Positions 40,251 through 51,240 of a stretch of DNA of 64,000 nt are shown piece by piece; position 1 is the first letter of the stretch; each line of letters starts with the position of its first letter. The position numbers and the translations under genes are program-made. Location of the stretch: assembly GCA_965153285.1 (NCBI GenBank), contig OZ229117.1. One strand, written 5' to 3'. Below the pieces are notes generated by a model. It saw only the letters and a program-made list of their open reading frames with translations, made no database searches and was not told the origin of the DNA. The stretch is from Podarcis tiliguerta (Eukaryota).

Positions 40251-41231
40251 TTTATTATTTTTTTATTTTTTTAAGAATAATTTTTTATTAACCGACCAAT
40301 CACATCAAATAAAACCAAATTACATAAATTCCAAATTACACAGCCGAATTATAAATTTTTGTTGGGGGTACCCATATTTCAAGTTCTGAAGGGGATCCAA
40401 TCAACTTCTTGCCTCTTACTGCTGTTTTAATGTCCACAAATCTAACCTTATGATGTTCACAGTACTATCCAGTCCTTTCTTCTTGTTTTTCCACATCCCT
40501 TGTTGTTATTTTCATATATTTTTCCTTTCTCTTTGTGACCTCTGATAATCTCCACAAGCTGGTTAGACAGTTTGTAATCCTGCGTGGATTTTTTTTTTTA
40601 TCCAGTAGCCATATCCAGACGTTTTCCATGTAACATCACTTCCATAGATCAAAACAGTCTTAGCATCATTAATCTTCACCAATCTGCCTCCTTTCTCAAA
40701 ACCTCTGAGGAGATTCACCAGGAATGCAGCCTGAAAACAAGTCCGTTCCTTCTCTCGGCTATAAATCCTTTGGCAAGATGGTGACTCCGAATTAATTGCT
40801 ACGCCATTCCAAAAGCTCTTATTGCTTCTCAATCTCCATAAAGCATACTTTGGTTAAAGTTTGGTTAAACTTTGGTTAAAGTTTATCTCCACACAGACCT
40901 TAATCATCCTGCTTGGGTCAGTTCAACCGACGATTCTAATGAGGAGGGGTTCTTGTAAATCACATAGAAGGAAAGTAAAAAAGGTCCCCCCCCCCATTCA
41001 GTCCCATTGTCAACATACCCAGCCTTTGGTGTATCTTCATCGTAAAATATTCCTGTTTCTCCAACCCGTCGTCTTCTTTCACAGAGGTCACTTAAATCAG
41101 CAGACTTCACTCCCCTTTTTCACTTGAAATATGTGCATTTGCTTCTTTTGTAATTAATTATTCCAAATTGCTGCAGCTAGTGCGCGATCAGAGACAGCGT
41201 CCAGGAGAGCCGAGGTCCACACGGGGGCATT
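40251..41231 (-). mobile_element. 981-bp retroposed element with A-rich tail and 18-bp TSD
   Basis: CTGCAAAATGTTAAAATA (40233-40250) versus CTGCAAAACGTTAAAATA (41232-41249). T-rich tract at 40251-40272 is the minus-strand tail. Confidence 0.8.
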
Positions 41232-42824
41232 CTGCAAAACGTTAAAATAAACCCAATGCTTCTCTAATTCCCAGAGTAGCAGTTTGATTTCCTTGGCTAA
41301 ATATGTATGATCACATGTGGCTTATTGAAGTTTTTTTAGTTCTGTGCTGTCTTTCATATAGCTCAGGACTTTATGAAAATGGCTATTTAAATTCTGGTCA
41401 AAATAAGTAGATCGGCTAGAACCTCCCAGAACCTCCTAGAACCTCCCAGGCATCTTACTAAGGAGACATTTCATTTGTCCTAAAGAATCAAGAATCAGAT
41501 TCTACATTTTTTTTTTAGAGTGCATGGTGTTTTGCCTTTTGGAAACATACTGGCTTTCTGTAAAATGAATTCCAAGGCATTCTTACATGCTGAATCCACA
41601 CAGGTGTGCACTTTGATCAGTTTTCAGCGTGTCTGTGGCACAGCTATTTGTCCCCAAGTTAATTTTTAGTGCTTCAAATCTCTCTCTTCCTTATGCCTCT
41701 CTCAAGACTGTTTGTCATAATCTCCCAACAATTGCACTCAGCAAGTAAGATATCATCTTGCAAAGTTTTGAGTGTGTATAATGTTCGTATGGTCTGTGCA
41801 TATGTGTGTGTGTGTAGTCAAATGAGTAACCCAATTTGTTTCTCGCTCAATTGCAGCAGAGCTGTTTAAAGAAGCTTTCCACTCCAGTCCGTGACTCAGA
41901 GGCAGAAGGTAAGGTGGCTGCTGTGTAATAATAACCTTTTCTTGGTGATTGACATTCTGCTAAAAATGATAAAACTATTAGTATTATTATTATTTATTAT
42001 TATTAATGTGCAAGCTTTGGACTCTGTTTGGTGAATGAAATGCCGACCAGGAACGTGCTGCTCCATTGCAGATGTAAATGCCTTTCATGAGCTGTCCTTG
42101 CCGTAGCATTCCTCTTGCTTAGCCACTGCAGTTTTAAGAGGACTGTAGATAATTTTTCAAGGTATTGAAACATTTAGCCGTGGCTTCCTCTGCCGTGGTT
42201 GTCACCTCTGCTTTGTGTCAATTGCAGATTCATTTCGTAAGGATGTCTCTATTTTCTGCTTTATCTGCACATTGATAGATCCTGCATGACCAGGCTGAGG
42301 GAGGCTTTGCTAGGAGATGACTGTGTTTGGAAACACACACACACACACACACACGAAGGAGCTGAAATCTAATCTGCTTTTTAGGGGGTCTGTTGGACTC
42401 CTTTTGATTAAAGGAAAATATGAGCTCGATCTGGAGATTTCTCCCCACTTCCCTGCATTCTGCTGTGTGTCGCTTTAGCAAATAGTTTCGCAAACGCAGA
42501 AGGAACCGTAACATCCTGCTTGATAAGTTTGGCTTCCCTTTGCATGGATCAGTTTGGAACGGCTTTATTTGGAATCCATGCATCTCTTCGCACCGGGGGC
42601 ACCTCATACCTGCCAAATACTTCCACTGCAGTAGTAGCTGCATCTTTGCAATCAGGGGCAGAACATTATCAAGTGCCTAAAAATGGGAGAGGATGACCCA
42701 GCTCCTCTGTGAGGAGAGCAGAACTGTGATGAGATTTCCAGCCCCCCCTCAGCACATGTCAGCCTGAGCACACATATCCCCGTCCCCCACCGTCCACACA
42801 TGTGCATGGCTCTTGACTTTCCCC

Positions 42825-42993
42825 CTCTCCATATTATCACAACAACTCTGTACGGGACATTAGGGTGAGGGAGAGAGTGTGACTGGCCTCAGGTCACTAA
42901 GGGATCTTCATGGGTGAGTTGGGACTTGATCCCTGGTCTCTCCTCTCCCAGGTCCTAGTTCAATACACTGACCGCAACACCATTCTGGCTCTT
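42825..42993 (-). mobile_element. MIR/CORE-like SINE relic
   Basis: TCACAACAACTCTGT...GTGACTGGCCTCAGGTCAC...CTTCATGG..GAGT.GGGA.TTGA.CCC. Similar copies near 18690, 51390-51560, 51655-51780, 53650-53842, 55050-55255 and 60545-61020. Confidence 0.65.
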
Positions 42994-43330
42994 TCTGAAT
43001 ACCTCCATTACTCCCAACTGGGGGTGGGGGCAGAAAAAGAAGGTTCTCATGAGCCCTCTAGTAACCCCCACACTTTCAGTTAGACTGGATAATCTCTTAA
43101 GGTTGTGATATTTCCCCTCTCCTCTGCATATGGTTGACTCGGAAACCTAGAGATCTGAAATATTTTTGTTTTCCATCCTGGAAGAGTTCATAGTCCCTGC
43201 ACAGGCACACACTTCTAGATCTGTAGGCTTCACTTTATTAATAAAAATATTGGCGTGTGCAAATGTCTGTGCAGTGACTTAGTATAACTCTCTCTAATTA
43301 CAGATTTAATATCCCCATCAAAAAAACAAC

Positions 43331-43464
43331 AAAGAGTCTGGTGGCACCTTAAAGGCCGACAGACTTATTACAGCCGAAGCGTTTGCATTTCTTAGCCTTT
43401 TAGGTGCCACAAGACTCTTTGCAAGTTTTGCTGTGACAGACTAACACGGCTAACCCCTCTTGAA
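43331..43464. mobile_element. Penelope-like terminal fragment in inverted arrangement
   Basis: AAAGAGTCTGGTGGCACCTTAAAG ... TTTTAGGTGCCACAAGACTCTTT...CAGACTAACACGGCTA, a typical sauropsid Penelope end. Confidence 0.75.
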
Positions 43465-44270
43465 CTTAAGCTTCCCATTTTACCCATGGGGAAACCGAGG
43501 CGAAGAGGGAGTAATTTTCTTTCTTTTTCTTCTCCTTCCAAAGGCCACCCAGGGAGTTAATGGCTGTTATGAAGTTGAACCCACATCTTCTGGACCAGGA
43601 CCAACCCCTCCAGTTATCTCCTTCTGCCATCTATTTGTATTAGCCATTTTGGCGTGCTGTTTTAATTTCACAGATGTGAATAAGAGGGGTTTTCCTTTCC
43701 TTTATTTTTTGAAGGTTCACACACACACACAAGTATGTACTGTACTGTATATATGTGTGTATTATTATATAAATATACATATATATACATTTCAGCCTTT
43801 TAAATAGAATAATACAGATAGGTATGGAGGCCTACAAATGCTGAAGTTGCATTATGGGAAGTGGTGGTCTGTTTGCCCTGCAAAAACCCAGGCTCCCCCC
43901 CCCCCCGGGGTGCCAACCGTGTGTCTAGACAGTGCGGCTGCAGGCGGAGGCTCGTTTGATTGGAATGCTCCCCAGGCTGAAAATATTCCTTACACATAGA
44001 GTATTAGATGTTGGGGGAAGTCTATGCTAGGGCTCTTCTTCCATGATATTAACCTTGCAGTCCTGTACTCGTCTCTTGGAAGTAACTGCCACTGAATTAA
44101 ATGGGACATACTCCTGAATGTATATGGCAGGTGTGGCAAACCTTTCAGCCTTCTAGATGTTCCTGAACTACAAAACCCATCAGCTCCAGGAAGCTTGGTC
44201 AATGGTCATGGATGATGGGAGTTGTAGGTCATCAACATCTGGAGGGCCATAGGTTCCCTACATGCAATAA

Positions 44271-44668
44271 TAGGGATGGGTGAACCTGTCAGTTTTGTTT
44301 TTTCTTAGTTCCTCAATTTACTTCCACTCTGCACAGTTCCACATCTGTTGCAAAACTTTTTTTCAAGAGTCCTCGTGAAAATTTGTTAGCATGCCTAACA
44401 AACATTTGATGCATGCCTTTTAATATGCAGTGTTCCCTAAAATGCACATTTTTGCAAAGCAATTTCCCCTAACATTATGCTTTTTTTTGGTATTTTATTT
44501 TCACATTTATATTAATTTCATGGACACTTTGCCCTTGTGCACTGCAAAATTAGAAGGGTGGATTTCACAGGATTGCCAATGTTTCTGTTCACTATTTGTT
44601 TCAAAAATGCAAACCTAGGTAGTTTGCTCTTGAAGTGTGAATTGAATCATATTTCTCCCCCATCTCTA
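44271..44668 (+). mobile_element. ~400-bp MITE-like element with TAGGGATGGG / CCCATCTCTA inverted termini
   Basis: Inverted ends visible. Three other copies in the window. Confidence 0.7.
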
Positions 44669-45679
44669 AGTGCTGCTAACCCTAATATTTTTTTACAGAA
44701 AAGCTTTTTATTTTATTTATTCATTTTGGTGTCCATGTACTGCTTCCTCTCAGTGATTTCAAGGTAGATTAAAAAAAGAAATAGAAACCAGGTCAGGTGA
44801 GCATAAACAATGTAAAGCAATGCAGATAAAGAAACAGTCAATAATCAGAGAGTTTGAAGTATTTAAAATTAATTTTAAGAGGCTGTGGTCTTTGCCTAGC
44901 ATTGGATAAAGGACTATGAAGTTGGCAATGGGGTGTTATAGAATTCCTGGGCAGGATGTACTGCAGCTGGGCCATAACTATCCAAAAAGTTGCCTCCCTT
45001 GTTGATGTTGCCTGTGATGAAAGTGCTACTTGTGGAAGAACATGGTCCAAAGACCTTAGTGTTTGAGTGTAAATGCATGCTCCACTTTTTAACCCAGAGA
45101 TGCCTCAGGTGGCGAACCATAAGGTATAAAAGCAATCTCATTATAAGAAAATTAAAGAACAGTCAAAAACAGCCAATTGAAAAATAGTTTTGAGACAGAC
45201 AGTGCCTATTGCAATATTAAGGAAATCAGCCAGCCAGACAAAACTAACAAACGCCTCCTGGAATATACAAGTCTTTAATCAGTAGCAAAGAACAAAGCCA
45301 TTTGAGAGAGTTCCAGACAGATTTCCTTGGGTGTAACTGGTGAGAAGGCTTTCTCTCTTGTTCCATCAGCTGTATTTCTGAGGAAGGTGGGATCCTCAAA
45401 AGAGCTGTTTCAGCTGATCTGTAAGGACAAGCAGGCTCTTCTGGGAATTCCAAACTGTTTAGGATAGCCTTCCCCAATCCCACGCTGTCTAGATATTCTT
45501 GGACTCCAGCTTCCATCAACCACAGCCAGTAGGTCAGGGAAGATGCAAATCAGAGCTGAAGATATCTGGAGGACAGTGGCTTATCAGCACCACGTTGAAA
45601 TGAGCCTGGAAACAAAATGGCGGCCAGGATGACCAAATGACAACGTAGCTACATATTCCATTGAACTGATACTGAGGGT

Positions 45680-45757
45680 TGTTGTTGTTTAGTCGTTCAG
45701 TCGTGTCCGACTCTTCATGACCCCATGGACCAGAGCACGCCAGGCACTTCTGTCTTC
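45680..45757 (-). mobile_element. BovB/RTE LINE extreme 3' end (78 bp) with perfect 12-bp TSD
   Basis: Minus strand reads ...GTCCATGGGGTCATGAAGAGTCGGACACGACTGAACGACTAAACAACAACAAC. GATACTGAGGGT at 45668-45679 and 45758-45769. Confidence 0.9.
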
Positions 45758-46869
45758 GATACTGAGGGTAGGTATGGGCAAATCTCGGATAGTTTCAGTT
45801 TCTGTCAGTTTCTCATTTGTCCAATCATAAATTTAGTTATCCACATTCCTACAACAGTTTGTGGCTATTAATTAAAAATGTCCTCATGAAAATTTACCAG
45901 CCTTTTTGGTGCAAATTTATTCCAATATACACATTTATGTTTGTGATTTCACCCCCTAATATCCATATCTTTGTAAAGCAGTTTCTCCTAACATAATGCA
46001 ATTTTGCGTGTTGTTTTGACTCATACATATATACATTTAATGCATATTTTACCTCAATATATGATTTTTGTATACATTGAGTGGAGAACTCCATTGCAAG
46101 ATTCAGAGATGCCTGTGTTTTAGTCTGAGTATTGTAGTAATTAGCAAAGGTACCAGTCTCAGCTTCTTGGGGTCAATATGTGCTCAGAGGTACCCAGTAC
46201 GGTAACTCTCAGACTGCACCTGCCTGGCTGAGTCATCGTTTTGCACCTAGTTGGCCTAGGTTAAGCCAGTGTAAAGTACATCAGATGCAAACTCCATTCA
46301 GGAATGGAATCGCTGCTGGCTGAGCTGGCCTAAGCCTGGCAAAGAAATGAGCAGGTCAGGATGGAGTGGATCTCTGATTCAGACACCTGATTCCAGGCTC
46401 AGGTGGCATTAAGTCCCCAGCCCTGGCTCAGCTAAAGATACACCAACATAACTTGCTCATCATGGCTCAGCTGGCTGAGCCAAAGCTAGCTGAGCCGAGG
46501 CCAGAGTAAAAGGGGTGTTCTGGAGGTATGGTACGAGCGAGTTCCAGGGTGGGTGGTGGGTTGGGCTTAAGCAAGATCCTTCACTTGGTCATGTGACCTG
46601 GCAACCAGGCATAGGCCACCATTTTAAAGGCAGCGTCCCTGCTGCTGAATAAAGGTTGGAGCTGGTGTAACAGTACACCAGCTGAACTTAAACCTGTTTG
46701 CTTTACGCCAGTTTCTTGTGCATGGGACACTTCTTTTGAAATAGCATTTGAGTTATACCACCCTTTTTGGAAGCTTACCTAGTGGCTGTTTGAAAACAAG
46801 TGGGAGCTGCGACAAAAGGCTGTAGTGTGGAGTGTTAATTTCCCATTTTCTATGTTTGAAAGAGGTGGA

Positions 46870-47021
46870 AGGGCTATAGCTCAGTGGAAGAGAGTCTGCT
46901 TTGCATGCAGAACATCCCAGGTTCAATTCCTGGCACTTCCTGAAACTTGGAGAGTCAGGGCAGACAATAGTGAGTTGGATGGAATGAAGGTCCTACTCAG
47001 TACAGGCAGCTTTCGATGTTT
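46870..47021 (+). mobile_element. tRNA-derived SINE (Squam3-like) with internal deletion
   Basis: A box TAGCTCAGTGG (46877-46887), B box GGTTCAATTCC (46920-46930), CR1-like tail ...CTCAGTACAGGCAGCTT. Confidence 0.75.
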
Positions 47022-47227
47022 CCATCTTTCCGCAAACACAGTCAGCATGCCATGGGCACTGAGCATGCTCAGCCCTCCTTGGGCTGTCCCCCCACCACAT
47101 TTTAAAAAAAACTTTTGCAAACTTCTCTGAAGCCTGCCTTTCTGTTGTACATGAGTAGTGCTGTTTTGCTATGTGAGTGACAGCACTCATTGCCCAAATG
47201 TTGGAACTAGAGGGAAGGATATAATCC

Positions 47228-47366
47228 TTTTGTATTTTAATTTTGTTTTTAAGTTTTAATCATTCAACTTGTTTTTATTATTGCTTGTTAGCCACCCTGA
47301 GCCCAGCCTTGGCTGGGGAGGGCGGGGTATAAATAAAAATTATTATTATTATTACTATTACTATTT
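47228..47366 (+). mobile_element. LINE (L2-type) 3' end with (TAT)n tail
   Basis: TGTTAGCCACCCTGAG...GGGCGGGGTATAAATAAAA followed by TAT repeats. Confidence 0.65.
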
Positions 47367-48494
47367 TCTCTGTGTTTTTTTTAATCCCCTAACAAAATCA
47401 GTAAAATCCCAAAACAAACTGAATTACAGTACAGGGTGTCCTGACAAAATGGATTGTTTTTGTCTCTTTGGGTTTTGATGGGACTTGTAGTCCAACAACA
47501 TCTGGAGGGTACCACACTGGCTATTTACCGTACCTTAAATATTTGCCTCTTTATATTTTTCTGTCTCCTATTCCCACTTCTGTCTGAATTTCCCCCACTT
47601 CTTTTTGGCAGTCCTTATGTGAATTATATACAACTTATTTTGGAGTCTCATAATTATTTGTTCTTTCTTTATTACAAAAGAAAGAAAGAGAATAATGTTA
47701 AGACATTTACTTAGAAGCAGGTTGGACAAGAGAAGAGAGAGGGTTTTCCCTTTCTTGGAAAGCAGCACAGAATTTTTTTCAAGCTGGGTGAAAAGCAAAA
47801 ACTGGCTGTCCTGCTTTGAATTAAATCAATATGCTGGTTGCTGAGTGATTGGTGTATCAGGCATGTTACCCTGAGAAGCAGGTGTAACAGCTCAGAACAC
47901 TTTTTTCGTCCTCTGCAGCTTTCTCTACGCTTGGGAGTGTTTTCGTTGGCCTTTGATAAGTGCTTAAGCTTTGTCCTGGAGGTTGGAACGGTTCCACCAG
48001 TTTGTTCCGACAGGCAGAAAGTCCTTGCCCAAGACTGCCTCCCTTCATTTCAATTGACGCCCTTGTTTGCTAAGGGCTGTCTCCGGTGCTTGTTACCCTC
48101 CGAGTAGACCCACTGAAATGGGTGATGTAGGCCTGTAAATTCTGATTGGCCTACTCTGCAAAAACTTAGTTGGCTGCAACCCAGAAGCTCCGCTGTACAG
48201 GTTAGATTCTGAGAAGCTGGCATTTCATGGGAAATGCCCATTGGTGTCTCCTTTACCTTTGCAACTCTGCATGAATTTTGCACACCCATAGCGCCGCCTA
48301 GGAGAATTTGAAAAAAATTGAACTGAGAAGAGTGAAGGATTATGGAAAGTGTTTATGTTGGCGTGTGTGTGAGTGTGAAGGGGGTAAATGCAACAATAGG
48401 GAGCTTCCTTTTCAGCTGCTGTTCTGTTAGCATTATTTTATGGGATGTAATTCTTTTATAATTGTTCTACTGATGATTTGCTAATGGTGTTATT

Positions 48495-48835
48495 TATTAA
48501 TTATATTCATTTATATCCCACCTTTTCACCTGACTGGGACTCGAGGCAGCTCATGGAAATTAAGACAACATAGGTAAAAAGCTAAAAACACAGAGAGAAA
48601 AAAATCATTAATCTCAGATAGAATTAAAAACAACTCCCCTCACAAATCTACTAAAATACAGATGATGAAAACAAGAAAAACAGACAGCATTATTAAAGCT
48701 ATTTCCTTTAAAAAGCAGTTAGCTCCCAAAGGCCTGTCAGAATAAAAAGTTCTTCACCTGCTGGCAGCAGGAGAACAAGGTGGGCGTCAGTCTAGCTTCT
48801 CTAAGAAGGGAGCTCCAAACTCTGAGAGCAGCCAT
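48495..48835 (-). mobile_element. L2-type LINE 3' fragment
   Basis: ATTTATATCCCACCTTT...CTCGAGGCAGCT and AAAGGCCTG...AATAAAAAGTTCTTCACCTG...GGGAGCTCCAAA, reverse of an L2 3' region. Confidence 0.55.
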
Positions 48836-48981
48836 TTGTGCTGTAACTATCGTATTCTGTTGCTGTTGTTGTTTGTAAACTGCTTTGGGATTCCCTTGGA
48901 TACAGAGTGGCATAGAAATACAATCTATCAAATCGAAAGTTCTTGTTGGTTACGTTGTCTTTTCCATGCAAGGTAAGATCG

Positions 48982-51240
48982 AGTCGACGCGCTGGCTAAT
49001 GGCGGATTTCCTCCGCTGCGGAGGAGACTGCTCCCTGAAAAGAAGGGTCTGACCGCCACGGCGAGGCGGAGACCCGCTAAAAACCACGGTCGGAGGAAGA
49101 CCGTGGACTTGGGGTTCGGTAGGTGCCTTCAGTGCCCCCCCTACTCGCGGGGAGACCCCGGTTTCGGGGCTCCGGAGCGACGTGGGGTGAGTAGGCACGG
49201 CACATCGGATCAATCGCTGTTTTCAGGGAGTGAAGCCGCACAGCTGTTGCCAGAAAGCGCCGACTTTTCCTGTGAACATTTGGACTCGAAAAGACCTCGT
49301 AAGTAACAGAATTGGACGATAAATTATTTGAATTTGGCATTTGAACGTGAAGGTATAAACAGGAAGCTCACCTTCCGTTCTGCATAAAGACTAAAGCAAA
49401 GACGCTAGAATCCGGAGCTTGGGAAAGGTGTCTTTTAAAGCGAGGAATTTTACCATCTAAGCTTGCGGACCCTCCCTCGGAAGCAGGGGAAGAGGGGGAG
49501 ATCTTTATCTTTTGAGCCCTGCAGGACAGAAAACCTGACCTGGATTATCGCCGTCTCAGAACCTGGGACCGGGCTGTCAGCCTGTATAATTTAAAAACAA
49601 CAATAATGGTGGAATGGACTATATCTTAATGAGAAAGAGGATCAGAGACATATACTTTTTGGCATCGACTCGCAGGTTTTGAAAGAAAAAAGGAGTGGAA
49701 AGGCAGATTTTTACAACTGAAGTGAAGAGTAAGTTGTTGCCAAAAGTTTCTAAATGTTGCCTGCTTGGATAATGGGACTGTTACATAGTTATAGCAGATG
49801 GAAAATTTTGACCAGATGGTAGACAAGAAGTTCTGAAGTGACCTTGAGAGGCAGCAGACAATACTGGGAAAACAAGCTGGAAGATATGGCTCAGAGAATA
49901 ACAGCTCTACTGAATGACATTTTAAATAAAGTGAATATTTTTGAACAGAGTGTTTCTGATCTGAGGAAGAATGTAATGACTTTGGTACAGAATGGGAACA
50001 AATTAATAACTGAGGCTCGAGAAAAGGAACCAAATTCACAAAGTCAAGCACTGGAAAAGACGAGGAAGCAATTAAAACCGGCCTTGATTTTGCAAGGGGA
50101 AGCCTTAGGAGCAGAGTCCCAAACTGATGGAGACAAATCTGACTTTGAGGACACTGAGGTTGAAAGACAGAGCAGTGTCCCTCATGGATTGAGTGACGCA
50201 AGATGGATGATAAACACGCTGGACGGGGACACTGCGAGAAAGTCTGAAAGGATGGACGATTGTTACCCCAAAGAAACTGTGGAGCACGCCTTGGAATACT
50301 TACTGGTTTACGAACTGAATTATGAAGTTTGGGCGAGCGTGCTGAAGAAAATTAAAGAAGACGTTGAGAGAAAAGCTCTTTGGGACTTAACTTTAGGCCA
50401 GAGAAGAAACTTGCAGGCAGTACAGGGAGATGATTTGAGGGCCTCGGACATAAGGGAACCGGGTTAGGAAATTAATTTTGACTGATAAGATTGATAAAAC
50501 TGGTAAAAAAGACTGGCAGTACCTGATACCAGGGAGATGAGACGGTGGGGAAAATTGGGAAAATAAAAAACAGTATTTAAATAATATGGTATAATTAAGA
50601 ACAAATGGGAGATGGTGGAATGATTTCATTCGGCTTTTGTGGAAACAACATAAGGAAATGAGGGAATAAGATTTAAAGGTATATGAGTTAAAAGTATAAG
50701 TTTTAAGGTTTTTATTGTGGTTGTTTTTTGTATCTTCTTTTTAACTAGGGAATTGGAGTTTAGTTAAATTTGTTTTTAGGCGCTTACTTGAACTGGGAAG
50801 ATAATAAGATATAAATGGATTAAGTAAATAAGTGAGTAAGCAGTAAAAGACGGAAAGAATTTGCTGATCTGATTAATAACTGGAATGCAGAAGGGGAGAG
50901 GGGAGGAGGCCAAGGAAATAAGTTATTTGAAAATAGATGTGGAATGATGGAGATTTATTCTTTTTTTGTTGTTGTTGTTGTTGTTGTTGTTGTTTGTTTT
51001 TTGTTTTTTGATGTTCTTTTTGTATGTTTTGAAGGGAAGGGTGGAGGGAGGGTGTGGGATTCTTGTTTGGGTATATTTTGGCTTTGCTTTTTCCTCCCTG
51101 CTTTCTCTTCCCCCCCTCTTTTTTTTTTTTTTTTATCTTATTGTATGTACCTCTTTTTTATTATTATTTCTAGCTTTTCTCTTTTTTGTACACTTGGAAA
51201 ATTAATAAATATTATTATAAAAAAAAATAAAAATAAAAAA
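48982..51240 (+). mobile_element. 2.26-kb non-autonomous L1-like (HAL1-like) retroelement
   Basis: CpG-rich 5' region with AATGGCGG near the start, one coiled-coil-like ORF (ATG 49886 to stop 50467), T-rich 3' region, AATAAA and A-rich tail. Candidate TSD AAGATCG at 48975-48981 and 51241-51247. Confidence 0.75.

Noticed and set aside
41417-41449. Three tandem AGAACCTCC(C/T) units as a possible array
   Set aside because: A simple slippage duplication with no spacers; CRISPR is not applicable to this vertebrate locus.
46870-46940. Possible tRNA gene
   Set aside because: A and B boxes are present but the stems are degenerate and it continues into a SINE body and tail.
49626-50201. 191-aa minus-strand ORF
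   Set aside because: Antisense shadow of the ORF in the L1-like element.
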